A stretch of 60,111 nt of DNA, counting the filler, from Basidioascus undulatus (lineage: Eukaryota), in assembly GCA_000826855.1 (NCBI GenBank). It is 3 parts of 3 records of this genome, joined end to end, with 100 filler letters (N's around TTAATTAATTAA, not from the genome) between each part and the next. Parts side by side here need not be neighbours in the genome. Positions count along the whole stretch, not along the records: positions 40,154 to 60,111 come from JTLS01000389.1; 2 more parts are not named here. One strand, 5' to 3'. A program made the position numbers and the translations under genes. Positions within the stretch are counted from its first letter, which is position 1. Every line of letters begins with the position of its first letter. Shown piece by piece: positions 40,212-53,030 of the stretch. The notes beneath the pieces were generated by a model. The model was given only the letters and a program-made list of their open reading frames with translations. It did not search any database and had not been told where the DNA came from.

Positions 40212-41307
40212 GGGGGGTGGGGAGGATGGGGATGAAAAGAGCGGGGATGGGGTGTTTGAGCGGGAGCAGGAGGAGGAGGAAGGAGGAAGACGTGATGAGA
40301 GGAGCGCCCGGCAATCGGCAGTGATCGGAACGCCGGACCGGGTCATGCGCGCCCCTTCGCGTAACGTCGCGTTTGTCTTTCTCCCGCTTGCGTCTTCTTT
40401 GACCGTCACGTCCCGAGTTGCAGGGAGATCGTGGCGAACGACGAGTAGGGGGTTTGGATGATGATCTGAACGTCTTGATCTGGACGTATAGATGGGTACG
40501 GATGTGTACGATCTTGTACTGCGCTAGACTAAGTTATGTTGTGTATGTATGTACGTCCGCCTGTCAACCACCGGTTCAAACCCTGGACCGTGCGTGACAT
40601 TTGGTGATTATTCGGACGGACCAGAGGATAGATACCGTGAGCATTCGCATGTACAAAACTTGAAACGGGTCATCTTCCGAAAGGCGGGTCCAAACATCGG
40701 ACTAAAAATGCAGTTTGGACCAAAATATGTCTCTGTGCAGGCGTGCCAAGGTGTGGAAGCTTTAGTACGTCGGCCCGAGCCTCACGGTCACCGTTGCCCC
40801 CGAGTCTACCTTTTCATATCTCGCTTCAACCGCTGCGGAATATTTAGAAGTTCCAAATTAAACAGAAAGCAATATTCATGCGACAGACCAGCCCAAAAGG
40901 GATACATAGCAAGCTCGACCCACCCCATTCCGTCACTGTCCTGCGAGTCCAAGATTTTCCCTGGCCGTTGCGGCTGCAGCTGTGTAGACACTTTTCAAAC
41001 GGGGCACCTGCCCAAACCTTTTCTTCTCTTCTCTCACCATACAACTTCATTTTCCCTCAAGTTGCTGCGTGAAATACCGTCTGAAAGTACACGCAGTAGG
41101 AGGATCGTCGGTAGGAGCGGCACCCTGGCGAGATGACGCGCTCTGACGCTGACGGGCGCTGGAACTTTGCTCAGCTCCATCGACGTGGGTCACCCAAAGC
41201 ACCAGGATGCCTTCCAGCGCGCCTTCCTCCCCATCTTTACGACTGTCATCTCCCCATCACTGTCCTCGTCCTCCACATCCGCCGCCGCCGCCGCCGCCGC
41301 TGCGACG

Positions 41308-43125
41308 ATGGCGAGGCCCGACTGCCCCACGCCCCTTCAATCGCTCCTCTCCACGCTCCTCCTCCTAGCGCTCTCGCTCGTCGCGCTGCCGTTCACGCTT
41401 TCCATCGTTCTTCCGACGTACATCTGGAATCGGCTCTGGGGGAATCTCGCTTCTCAGCGTCCCTCGGGGGGCGCGACCCTATACGGCGCGAGGAGGAACG
41501 AGTGGATCGAGGCGGAGAAGGCGAGCTTGGACGATCTCGAGGAGCCTGTGCCGGTCCCGAAGAGCCGCGTGAGCGTGCTCGTGAATGGCGGCCGGACGGC
41601 GAAGAGCTTGGCGCTATGCCGTGCGCTGGCGAGGGCTGGGTGTAGGGTGGCGCTGGTTGAGGAGGAGGGGTGAGTGCGACACTTCTGATCGGTCTCTCAT
41701 TGTTTCTTGCTCAACATCTCGTCGGGGCCGCTCTTTAGATGGGGCGACTTCTGCGCCGCCCAATTCTCCTCGGCCGTATCCTCCTTCCACCTCGTCCCGC
41801 CTACCACAACCCCCGAAAGCCGGCAGGCGTACGTCTCTGCCCTCGTGCGCATCGCTCTCGAGGAGCAGGTCGACCTCTTCATCCCGTGCTCGGGCCCGGG
41901 ATCGACCGCCGAGGACGCGCGCGCCGCGGAGATCGTGAGCGCGGGGCGGTACGGACGGTTCAGAGGGATAATCCAATCTGAGGCGCTGATCAATGAGCTG
42001 CAAGACAAGGTGCGTCGGATAGTTCCCTTTCCATCAGCTGTCCGATGCGGGGGCCTGACAGACAGTGTTCTTCCATGCACACATAGAACGGCTTTATCGC
42101 CCTCGCGCGTTCGCTCGGTCTCAAAGCCCCCGAATCCCACCTCGTCACCTCCGTCCCCCAAGCGCTCTCCATCATCCGCTCCGCTTCGAAGCCGCTCATC
42201 CTCAAGGCTACCGCGACGCTCGGCGAACAAGGGCGCGCGGACCTAACGACCTACCCGCTCAAGGGCGACTCTTCGCCCGATCTGGCGCGCACGCGCGCGC
42301 GCCTGGAGAAGCTCGATATGCCGATTACGGAGGAGACGCCGTATGTCCTGCAGGAGGTCGTGGAGAACGGGAGCAGGTGGTGCACGCACGCGACGGTCGT
42401 GGAGGGTAATATCAAGGCGTTCGTGTGCTGTCCGAGTGTATGTCCCCAACACTTTTCATTTCCTCAAGCTCCCATACCTCATACTGAAGATTGATTTTGT
42501 TCGACCGATACAGAACGACATGCTCATGACCTACGTCGACGCGACGCGGACCTCGATCGGCCTCAAAGCCTTCACCTGGACGTCTGCCTTCCTCACCCGT
42601 CTCTCCTCTCACCCACTCGTGCGCGACCAGCCCTGCGGCCTCACGGGCCACTTCTCCTTCTCCTTCATCTACTCCCCCTCGTCCAACGCGCTCTACGCTC
42701 TCGCGTGCCACCCGTGGGTACACACGTCCGTCGTCCTCCTCGCGTCCAACCCCGCCTTCGCGCTCGCCCTCCTGGGGACCGCGCACGCCCCGGCGCCAGG
42801 GGCGGACCTGCACGCGGAGGACTCGACGATCCGGCCTGTCGCGGACAGCCCGCCACGGAGCTGGGTGGGGCACGAGCTCGCCGCGCGCTGGTGGCCGCGC
42901 TTCCTGCCGGATTGGGTGCGCCGGAAGTTGCACCCGTTGTGGAGAGACACAGGGGAGGAGAGGGGCAGCTGGCCGTGGTGCGACCCGACGTTCACCGTCG
43001 ACGACCCCCTGCCATTTGCCGCGCTGTACCACCTCCAATGGCCGGTTCTGCTGGTGAGGCAGATCCTGCGCGGGCGCGCGTGGTCGAGGATTAATGTTAG
43101 CACTGCGAGGATCTTTGAGTGCTAG
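41308..43125 (+). CDS. MysC-like (mycosporine-type) ATP-grasp ligase homologue with substituted catalytic residues
   Basis: Four exons. N-terminal hydrophobic helix (LLLLALSLVALPF); VLVNGGRTAKSLALCRALARAGCRV; EEQVDLFIPCS; LQDK|NGFIALARSLGLKAPES; PLILK; YVLQE; WCTHA; TGHFSFSF; DPLPFAALYHLQWP; terminal WSRINVSTARIFEC*. This is the overall architecture of the MysC family. Confidence 0.85.
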
Positions 43126-43406
43126 AGCGGATGGATGGATGGATGGGCGGGGCCAGGATTTAATGGGTACCTTATTGCACTTGCTTATTCTTGCGCGTTT
43201 GCCTGTGTTGGTGTGGTGAAAGCTGATCTCGGGTTCTAGGTAGGATGTGGAATACACTAGCCCAGCGCTCAAAAGCAACGGTTTCAGGGGGCGCGAGCCA
43301 CTGCTTGTGTAGCATGTTGCTGAAATGTTCCTTTTGTTTTCGCCCGCCACCTCCTCTCCTTCCTTAACTACGATCTTCATCCCTCACTCTCCCATCAGCA
43401 ACGTCA

Positions 43407-44800
43407 ATGTACATCGACCGACTTGACTTCTCTCTCCTCGAGCCCACCTCGGGACCTTGCCGCCGCGTGCTGGCACGTCGACGCGCTCCAGGCGCAGCTC
43501 GCTCGCCTCGACGACGAGCTTCCCTCCCTTTCTGCCCAGCTCTCTACATCATTGCCTCGATTCGAGAGGAAGCCGAGCGCCTCTCGTGCGCGCTCGCGCC
43601 CGCGGCTACGCCCGCGAGCCAGGACACCGTCGGGTCGAGGGGGAGAGCGCAGTACCAGAAGGAGGCAGTGGTTGGGAGGGTGCCGGGTCCGGTGGAGATC
43701 TTGGAGGACATCGTTGGATTGTTGGATGATGATTAGAAAGCGCTCCATGCGTTGACTTTGACATCCAAAGCTTTCAAGGACATCGCGACTCCGGTGTGCC
43801 TCCTTTCGTCCTCGATTCCCCGGCCCACTGCGGAACTGCCTTTTGGCCCGCAGTTGCTCAAATCGAGCCCCGGTTTCCGCAACTATAAAGCGACCGGCCC
43901 TCACCTGTCTTTCTCGCTCTGTAACCGGCTGCTAAACCACAGCCGGACGATCGCCCACAGCATTCGATCTTTCTTCAAGCATGGCAACTGGCTCGCCAAA
44001 GCAACCACAGTCTTCGATCTCTTAGACGTACTTCAGATCTTCGGAATGGACCTCGATATCGTGCGTCATGCAAATATTTCACCTCGAAGTGAATGTTGTT
44101 TTGCTGAGTGGGTGCCCCACACAGCCCCCAACGCTTCATTGAATCTCTCTACTCTCAAGAATCTCAGCTGCCTCAATAACGATGACTCGAAGTCTCAAGG
44201 CAAAGCACCCCTGCTTTACCGGCCTGCTGGCCAGCGAGCGCTTCAAGGCCCTGCGCCATCGGCTTCGCGTGCTCGTGGTACCACGAGCCTACACGTCCAA
44301 ATTGCTCAGCGCATTGGCCAAAGAAGCCCAGCAAGGGAAAGGCAGACTTCAAATGTTTGATTTTACCGATTACACGGACGACCATAGGCTCGTGCAGTTT
44401 TTGAAACTCGTCCGCGACGGCAAGTGTCCGGACTTGCACACACTCAGTTTGATCGGAGATCAGGTGCGCGCCATGTTTTCTTGTAAGCTACCCTTCTATG
44501 GATGAGGTAATCTCACCTAGATTCTGAACCGATGGTCCAGTTCCATCTCGGCGAACCGGAAAACGAAGAAGCGTTGGACATCCTCCCCAAGCTGAGCCTC
44601 AGCAAGCGACTCGTTGTGGAGTAGAAAGATCGCTTCGACTTCACCGAAGCTGACATCGAGCAACCATCGGAGCACCGTAGGTTTCTTGTCGCGTGTTCTT
44701 CCTTCTCGCTATTGACCCTACGCCTTCCATTTCGACTTTCTGTTCGCATTGTGGCTATCTGACAGTCACGGGGACTGTTTCGACTGGTCCTTTGGTATGC
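43407..44800 (+). pseudogene. Pseudogenised paralogue of the F-box/LRR gene at 9228-10721
   Basis: Colinear similarity: DDD*KALHALTLTSKAFKDIATP vs KDDQKSLYALTLTSKLLKDIVMP; FLKLVRDGKCPDL vs FLQLVKEGKLPDL; DIEQPSEHR vs SIEHPSEHR. In-frame TAGs at 43734-43736 and 44621-44623, plus frameshifts. Confidence 0.8.
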
Positions 44801-45013
44801 TCATTGAGCGAGACATCATAAACAGTATTCAGATAGAAACGCACGCCCGGTCAGACCGACGCATACTGCGACCGTAATACGTCCTGACAGCCGCAACGGC
44901 ACAGTAAAGCAAGCCCGGCAGCCACGCACAAGCCTCTGATATCAACTTGAACCCATAATGTCTTCGCCCCACCCCCCCCCGCACTAAAGTAATACAGATG
45001 CAAATCGAGAGAA

Positions 45014-46598
45014 TCAGGCGAACGAGCAGACGTAGTCCGTGGGGAGGGTCCCGTTGTGGTTGAGCACGACGTCGAGGATGCATGACTCGAGGTTGGTCAC
45101 CGCTGGTGGGATAGACTGGCTGGTGATGATGAAGTAGTTTTTGATGGCGGAGTTGATCGAGTCCAAGAGGGAGGAGGATGGAGAAGAGTCGAGGAGCGAA
45201 GAGACGGCTACGCAAGTGCGTCACAAGCATCAGCCGGCTGAGCTGTTTGAGAAAAGGAAGGAGAAATACTAACTGTCGGAGAGGGCAACGAAGACGTTCG
45301 GCCCAAGGACGCTGAAGGCCTGGTCGATTACCCCGTTCACCGCAGCGCGAAGAGGAGAGACGACGGGGCCGTTCTGCGTGGCGATCCAAGCAAGGAGGGC
45401 GGTGAGCTCACAGCGAGGTAACATTGCGCTGCCGGGCAACGTACAGTCGCAAGGCACTCAGCCGGAAGTTTACCGTTGGAGGCAAGGGAGTAGTTGATGC
45501 AGTGTTCAAGCGCCTGCAGGGAGGTGACGACCGCAGGCGTGGCAGAAGTGGTGGAGAGAAGGGCGTTCGAGACGGCCGGCTGGACTATGTCGAACGGAGT
45601 GTTGGTCTTCGGGATGAGAGGTCCAATCTCTATGCACCGAGGGTCAGATACTTAGCTGAGAAGGAAGAATATCGGACTTCTAGGCGGCTGGATAAGAAAC
45701 AACTTACGGGCGTTGAGGTCCTGCACGATGTTGGGAGGGAGAATGCCGACAAATTGCTGCAGCGCGCCGTTGAAGATGTTCTCGAGATTAACGAGGGGAG
45801 TCTTACAGTACGTATAACTTCAGCAAGGTAGTCTGTAAACAAACGAGCCAGGAAACAGCTCACCGCGACGAAGCACTGGTATCCTTCCTGGATGCCGCCC
45901 CCGAGAATAATCTTGTCCAGACACGGCTGGGCGTTCTCGAACGCGGACACCGTTTCTCCAGAGGCCGAGGAAGCGACAGAGAGCATAGCGGAGTTGATGT
46001 TGTTCACCAAAGTGTCGGAGGACGGGAGGATAGTGGTAATAAGAGGTGTGATCGTCTGCTGGAGGCCGCGGACGATGTTCGGCGGCATGACACCTGGAAC
46101 GATAAGGAAAGTGCACTTCAGCTAATGTAGAGCAGAAACCGGTTCAGATTGAAAGAGCCCACCGGCACCCTGCTCGATGGCAGCATTCAAAGCGGTGCGG
46201 AGCGACGCCGCAGTGCCGCCCTGACCGATGAGGCATTGCTCGCCCTCCTGCAAGCCCTTTTGCCTGCTCGCGATCTCGCTCAAGCAGTCGACGATTCCGA
46301 CGACAGCGGCCTGGGAGTTCCCTGTCGTCGTTGCCACGATGCTCTTGACTCCAAGATTCAGGGTGTTGACCAAAAGCTGGACGCCAACGGGCGTGTTCGG
46401 CGTGATGAGCATGGGCGTGAGCGTCGACTGCAGAGTCGTAACGAGGTTGTTCGGAAGGATGGTCGCCTGGGAGAGGATGGTGTTGAGCGAGGACTGGAGG
46501 TAGTTCGGCTGGCTCGAGGGCAGGTTGAGGCCGAGCAGCGGGGCGGACAAGGCCGGCGCTGCCGCCGAAAGCGCGAGGAGCGGGATGGAGACGCGCAT
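45014..46598 (-). CDS. Secreted protein with four tandem ~90-aa repeats, each with a Cys pair
   Basis: Signal peptide MRVSIPLLALSAAAPALSA. Splices by eye into one frame ending ...DYVCSFA* (TGA 45014-45016). A TATA-like TATAAA lies on the minus strand near 46670. Confidence 0.8.
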
Positions 46599-48458
46599 TT
46601 GCAAAAGCGAATGACTGGGGTGAGCTGAGTGAAGGAGCGGAACGGGCTTGACGAAGCCCTGAAAGGTTTATATGAGTCCGGGACTGAAAGAGGTAAGTGG
46701 AGTGACGATGAATGAGGTGAGTGTTGAGGGCAAGCAAGGTGACTTCCGGTCCGTTGCAAGTGGGGTGGCGGCCAAGCCACAGCGAAAGTTTACGCAAGCA
46801 ACGCGCTAACCCGGCCCAGACGCTCGCTACTTCTTGCAGGTCGCCCAATTCAATTGTACTGCCTTGGACGGGAGTGTACTTAGACTAGTTGATGGAATGC
46901 CTGTGCATGGGGAGAAAGTCCAACGCATGCCAGCTACGCAGTAGCGGGAGAGGCAAGCTGTGCGCTGTGCATGTAAGGCAAGTAATTCTAATATAGCAGG
47001 CAAACGCACTTGTGGTAATGATTGCCATCCAAATGCCGAAGGTGGTAGGTAGGCTGCCAGAGCTGTTTCGGTCCGATTGTAGATTGTCCACGGACTTCGG
47101 CAGGCTACTGGACTTTTGTGATAAGACTTAACCTACCGCTCAGAGACTTCTAGATACGTTTCCATGAACTTTGAGTCCAAAATTTGGCAGTGATATCAGG
47201 GCGCAACAGAAATGCAGTGCTCCGTCTACCCTGCAAAGCTGGCCGTAGAAGAACAGTCGGTAGCCTTCCTCTACCCTGGAACCAGACTTTTTACGGTCAG
47301 TCTGAACTTCAAAACTGAATGCTCCCTTCGGTGTTATACAGTTACTCACACCAAAGTTGTCCTGGAGGGCGCGAAGCTGACTGGAGCATGACTCTCCCAG
47401 CCTGTTTGAATGGCCGTAAGGCATGCACCGGCGCTGTATGCGTGGAGTGAACTCATACAATCTTTCGAGCCCACATGAAATTTAAGCTCTTCAATGAAGA
47501 ATTCTTTCTTTGCGGCTTCTTGAACGGCGCGAACACTAGGGAGGCGACGTCTTCTATGTTCGGGTGAGTGTCGATCTGCACCTCCGTCCCAAGCCAGTTG
47601 AGCTTCTTGCTTCACCCCTCTCTTCATTTCCCTATAACAGTAATGAGGATGGATATCTTTTAAACATCGATTCCAAAATGTGACCACCGCAGAGGCACGG
47701 GCACGGCCGGTACGCAGGTCTAGGTCTGTTTTCCTTCGGTCTTTCAACCGGCCGGGACTCCTGATCCCACCCATTACTGATCTGCAAAAATGAAAAAGTA
47801 ACTGCCCCCTGCCAGGCTCGAACTGGCGACCTTTGGATGTCCCTTCTCAAGGAGAAGTCATATTTCTATGAGACCACTGCGATACCAACTTCGCCAAGGA
47901 GGCTGTGGGACCTCCCTCCCCTTGTAATACTCATATAGATCTGCCTATTCTTTCCAAAAGTCATGCAAAGTTGGTCATATCAAGACGATTCTGGGTTGGA
48001 GACAGGCTGAAAACCATGACACGGCGAAGGACCCGGGGTCCGAGAAGACGCTGCCTCCCGTGCGCAAGACCTTAAATTGATTTCGGAAGATGTCGACCAG
48101 TGCCTTGACCACCACTCGCAGAAGAGGACATACACTGTAGTCGAACTCAAGTTGAAGTACATTTGTTTCGTCGCTGCTCTGTGGTCGAGAAGATTGCAGA
48201 CGGGAAACACCGTCCCACTGCAAAGCCCGGTTCCGTGCGCTTGGACCCCTCCTTCCCATATATATTCAACATTCATCACCCAGATGAATATTATTGAAGC
48301 GAAGACATCATTAGTATTCAACGGTAGTATTGTAAATGCTCGAGGAGCTCAGGCCTGGCTTAGGGTGCCGCTGTACGGAAGCCTCAGAAGATTTGAGTAA
48401 GATGGGTGCTGTGCTACGAGCTCTCACTGCCCTGCAAGTCTCTTCCTGAGGGATCGCG

Positions 48459-49815
48459 ATGCCAGTGATCTACAAACTCGAGGTGGTATAGCGGAGGTGG
48501 CTGTCTGACTTCCGTGGGTATATCCGTTCACAGCATGTCCACATGTACCTAACGTGCAAGTGGGGATCCCACAGGCTTGAAGCACGCTCTGGTCACCTTA
48601 TCTGTGCTCTACTTCGTGTACTGGGCTCTCTGGGTCGTCTACCAGCTTTACCTCTCACCTCTCCGCGACATCCCTGGACCGAAGCTCGCGGCCGTCTCCA
48701 GCCTGTGGCAGACGATCCCTCTGCTGTCGGGAATGAAACCCGCAGCGTTCCATGCGGCCTACCAAGCCCACTGCCCGATAGTTCCGTTGCACCGAACATT
48801 GTTTCTTTCGTGGATGCGGACACAGCAAAGTCTGTCTACGGACACAAGGGGTATGTGCTGGCTTGTCTCAGTTGCTGGGAAGCGTTCGCTCATGTCTTGC
48901 ATCTCACACAGCAAATTTGATCGTTCCCAAATTTACGTTGGTGAGCCGCTATTCCTGTTGAAGTGTGCGTACACCGCTGGACACCGCTTTGGCCCCAGCT
49001 ATGAGCTTCATGGATGCCCCGCAACTGTGAGGGAATGTCGAAAGGGGTTTGTAGAGCGCACTTTGCTGACGTTCCCGAGCTCTCTAGTTTCACTCTACTG
49101 TGCGTTCCCTGAGCTGACAATTGAATGCGTCTGACCTGTCTCTCTGCTCGTCTTTCACCGGCGGTCCGTTCTTGGCAGTCCCGCACAAGCGCGTTCGGCA
49201 CAGCGGAGATGCAATATCTCAGCAACTCGCAGGCCAACGTTGTCTCCTACGAGCCAGCAGTCAAGGACGCAACGCGGGAGTTGGTATCCCTTCTTCGTAG
49301 ATATGGTGGAAGAACAGCGTTCGATTGCCTTTCGCTTTGTGCACCTTGTTTGCCCTTTCCCGCATCTCTCCAAAGCGACTGACATTTGCGCACTTGCCCA
49401 CCTGCAGTTCGATACTTCATCAGCGAGGTCATCAGAATTGTCGCTCTTGAGAGCCGTGCACTGTCCTCACCACTACGATGCGGACGCTCCGCATCATGCG
49501 CTGCCGTTCCGGCGTTGAAGACATCCCGACCCGCGGCGCTGTGGTAAGCATCGGATCTCAGTCTTCTTTGGCTCAACGCTCTTACAAGAGAGCCTTCCTG
49601 CAGACGAATCAATTTACATATCCTCGTGTACAAGCTTCCGCCCGGAACCGTCGTTAGCACTCAGGCGAGTAAACTCGTGCACAATAGCAACTCTCCGCTG
49701 ACCGGATTACTCGTCGGATTCCAGGCTTGGACTGTCCATCACTGGAAATCGTCTTTGAAAACCCGGAGAGCTTCGTGCCCGAAGACTGGCTGAAGGAGAT
49801 TGAGCAGATGAGGGT
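48459..49815 (+). pseudogene. Cytochrome P450 pseudogene (N-terminal half only)
   Basis: TM anchor plus YLSPLRDIPGPKLAAVS, then PIV.VAPNIVSF with a 1-nt frameshift at about 48785. No ExxR or FxxGxRxCxG heme motif was found downstream. Confidence 0.8.
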
Positions 49816-51827
49816 GAGTGCGACCGTGGGAGGTGGAGGAAAGTGAAGAAGTGGATGAGGGGGGGATGTGGTGGATTGTGTGGTTGGGGTTGGATAGGAG
49901 CTCGGGGGGAAGGAGGGAGGGATGGGGTGCAGGAGGTGCTCGGGAAGGAATGGTTGTGAGGGACCTTGGCGACTGCCACATCTTGGGACTGTGCGAGCTT
50001 TGACGATGAATCTAGGCATCTTCGCGTATTATTCTGGCATCACTGCTATTGCAATATAGAACTTGGCATATTACGCTCGAATCTTTTAGTGAATAGCATG
50101 CGGTGCGGTTTTCGAGGCCGCCCGGCGCCCTGTTGAATTGAGATGAAGCTGAGAGGACATACTGCTGCGCTAGAACAACTTCCAATTCTATAAATATGGG
50201 GCAGCCTACCGCCTTGTCGAGGGCATGTTGACGAGTCACACCCTGCTCCTTTGCTTGATCGGTGAACCATACGTTGCGGCGATTCTCGAGGTCTGCCATG
50301 TCCTCCCAGCGTGTCAACGTGCCAACGCTGGCTGTACACACAACGGATCGACTCGCTGAACCATCACATGTGCTATTTATATTTCGTCTTCGTATCCGTT
50401 TTCTCTTGCTGCACTTCAGCCCTCCGCTTCTCACAGCCGTGTGGGTACTTTCGCAGTCGGTCAATCTACGCCTGGAGAACGCCCAGCTTCGCTCGCAGCT
50501 CAGCCTCCTCCTCCTCGAGTTCGCCGTCTTCTCGGTCGGCGTCCCTAAACCCAACGGCCCAGAGCTCCTGGATCGCAGCGTTACAGCGCCTCTCATCCTC
50601 GAAAGTCCAGGGGTGGTGTTTCAACCCAGCTGCATTCGCGTTGGGGACTGGGTCAGCCGCAGCAGACGGCAGTGGGAGGCGGTGGCACAAGCGGTGCTGC
50701 TACGGACCGTAAGTGATTTCGACAAGCGGAATCGCCTCGTGCCTCTGTGAGGATGAGGACAACATAAGTATTCTCTATGGGTTGATAAGATGGTCGATCA
50801 ATGAGGCGTTAACTCGCGAGAACAGCGGATTCTGAAGGAGCAAAGTTTGAGTTTACAACACCCTTCTGCTCTGCTTGCCACTTTCTTTTGACTTTTCGAG
50901 GAGTTATCCGAACATCAAGTGGCTATCGCATTGGACTCTGTGCGCGGTAATTGACTGCTTGGGTCAAGCAGACAGCCGGTCCCGCATGCAATGCCTTTGG
51001 CGCTCCCCACAATGCTCAAGATTGATGATACTTGCGTCGCGTTAGACCATACTGCTATCGTGAACTGGTGTTTTCCGGCGTGACTTGAGAAACCATTACA
51101 TCAAGAGTTAAAGTTACAATATCCCCTTTCAGCGACGGCCAAGTGTAACGGCCGTACCCCTTCAGTGGGCAGCGGCCTGCGCGAAACAAGAGAATGCCAT
51201 GCAGCACATATGTACAGTACATTGATCAAGCTAATCAACTGGCCAATGTCTTTCTTCACATACGTGTGCAGTTCAGTCATACATGAAGCCCTGCGGGTTA
51301 GAAACCGACGACCGTAACTGTAGCTGCGTGTGCCTCGCTTTCATGCAGCCGCAGGGCGATCCACGGCGCGTCTGTGAGGGTGTATGCATCCAAGGGCTTA
51401 CAGTTACGTCGTTTTCCTGATATTCTTTGGTGGAACAGAAAGTAAGGAAATGAACATCAGAAAACGCTTGCCGCGGGACGCCTGCTCAGATAACAGCGGC
51501 TTCCACCATCGGCCAGCTTGCGGGCTGTGCCGGGCGCTTCCAGGGCGGACAAAGGTCCCGTCTCTCGTTTCGTGATCTCCTTTATATGTCATGTTATCCG
51601 CTTGTGATCAGCCCCGGGACTTTACCCAACACGAACATCAGCTGTTCGACCAAATGCCCCCCTAACCGTACGGCAGTCCCGCCGATGTAGCGATTGACTT
51701 GGGCCGCCACTCAAGTAGAGCCTTCCCTTCTTGCCCTAATTGCCCCCCTCCCTTTTCTTCTTCCAATTTTCCAACATTCACCGTTTGTATTTTGACTAAT
51801 TGATACGTACACTATCACTTACAACAA

Positions 51828-51908
51828 GTCGCTGTAGTATAGTGGTTAGTACATCACGTTGTGGTTGCTTGATCCGTGAAGACGGCAGTTCGATTCCGCC
51901 CAGCGACA
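51828..51908 (+). tRNA. tRNA-His(GUG) with 9-nt intron (51865-51873)
   Basis: Acceptor GTCGCTG/CAGCGAC; anticodon arm TCACG-TT GTG G[TTGCTTGAT]C-CGTGA; T loop TTCGATT (one A:C mismatch in the T stem); T7 terminator. Confidence 0.9.
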
Positions 51909-52159
51909 TATGTTCTTTTTTTCCCACCCATCGAGCGGCGATGAAGAGTTTTCGATGAATTGTCTTGCCTTCTTTAGGATGGGAAGACCAGTTGACTTGA
52001 GAATGTTCAAGCAATAAACGTCTTGAGGTCTCGTACTCAAACGGTCCATTGCCAAGATCGTCCCAGTCCTTCCTCTCACGGACAGCTCCGCTCTTTTGTC
52101 CTCTCTCCCGTCTCCCCATCTTTTGAGTCGAAACAACCAAACCTTGAGCTTCACCCACC

Positions 52160-53030
52160 TCAATCATCGACTCGAAGCAATTGCTTCGCCCCTTCCAGTT
52201 GAGAACTGGTCGGATATCTTTGAACTCGCTGTGGGGGAACACACTGCGTTCGCCATCACGGACCGCCCAATAGCCAACGGCGGTTCCACAGCTGCTCAGA
52301 TCGCGCTCGTATGCCATACCTGAAATGTGAGCACAGACTCCTGTTAGCTAGAGACTTGGGATGTGGCGCTGGAGTCCGCTGGGCGTGCTGAGTACTGACT
52401 GCCAGTGGCTGGCTCCAGCGCGTGATCATCCCCTGACTTCGCCGATCCGGACGTGAATTTGCTCGTCTCATCCCCACTTTCGCTGGCATTCGAGCCTTTC
52501 ACTTTACCCCATCTGTGCGATCTCGACCTCTACCTCTCAGACAAGCGCAGCGCCGACGCGCTCATGGCTCTGGGCCGCTGCTGTTCCCGCGCTTGACAAC
52601 GCTCACGTTCGACGACGATTCGTCTTCTCCTGAATCTATAGAGCTTTTCTTCATGCGCCATGCCCCGAAAGGCTTGAAGGAGCTGAGGTTCTCTATCTCG
52701 CATGCGCATGAGCCGCTCATCGTCCGGCTGTGCGAAGAACTGACAACCTTTGTCCTTGACGTCTCCCGAGCATCTTTCTCGAGCGTTATGGCGGGCAACC
52801 TTCCGACCTCGCTCTTGGAGGTAACACGTTTCGATTGACAGCACGACTATGACTGCCCAGGATATAATCACCATGCTCCAGTCGCTGTCGCGCGCTGTCC
52901 TTCCCTCGCTTCGCATCCTCAGGCTCCCCAACAGCGCTAAGGATGTGCGCCCGGCCGATACTGTAGCCGTACGGAACGAAGTGGCCCTGAGGGCAGTGAC
53001 GGTGGTCCGTAGCTGCAGCCTCTGGTGAAG
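52160..53030 (+). pseudogene. F-box/LRR-like pseudogene
   Basis: LPVENWSDIFELA...IALVCHT*, with TGA 52321-52323 where W is expected. Then LFPRLTTLTF, GLKELRF and LPSLRILRL in shifting frames. Confidence 0.6.

Noticed and set aside
41281..41300. Short microsatellites ((GCC)n here, (CTCGCC)n near 26827, (GGAT)n near 43129) and any CRISPR-like array
   Set aside because: These are ordinary low-complexity tracts. No repeat-spacer structure was seen anywhere in the window.
39476..43125. GT71 plus MysC-like gene as a mycosporine-glycoside cluster
   Set aside because: They are separated by an artificial linker, so the adjacency carries no information.
43734..44623. In-frame TAG codons as evidence of stop-codon reassignment
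   Set aside because: The TAGs align to different residues in the paralogue (Q and W), frameshifts co-occur, and conserved genes here (GDP-fucose synthase, MysC-like, complex I subunit) terminate at TAG.
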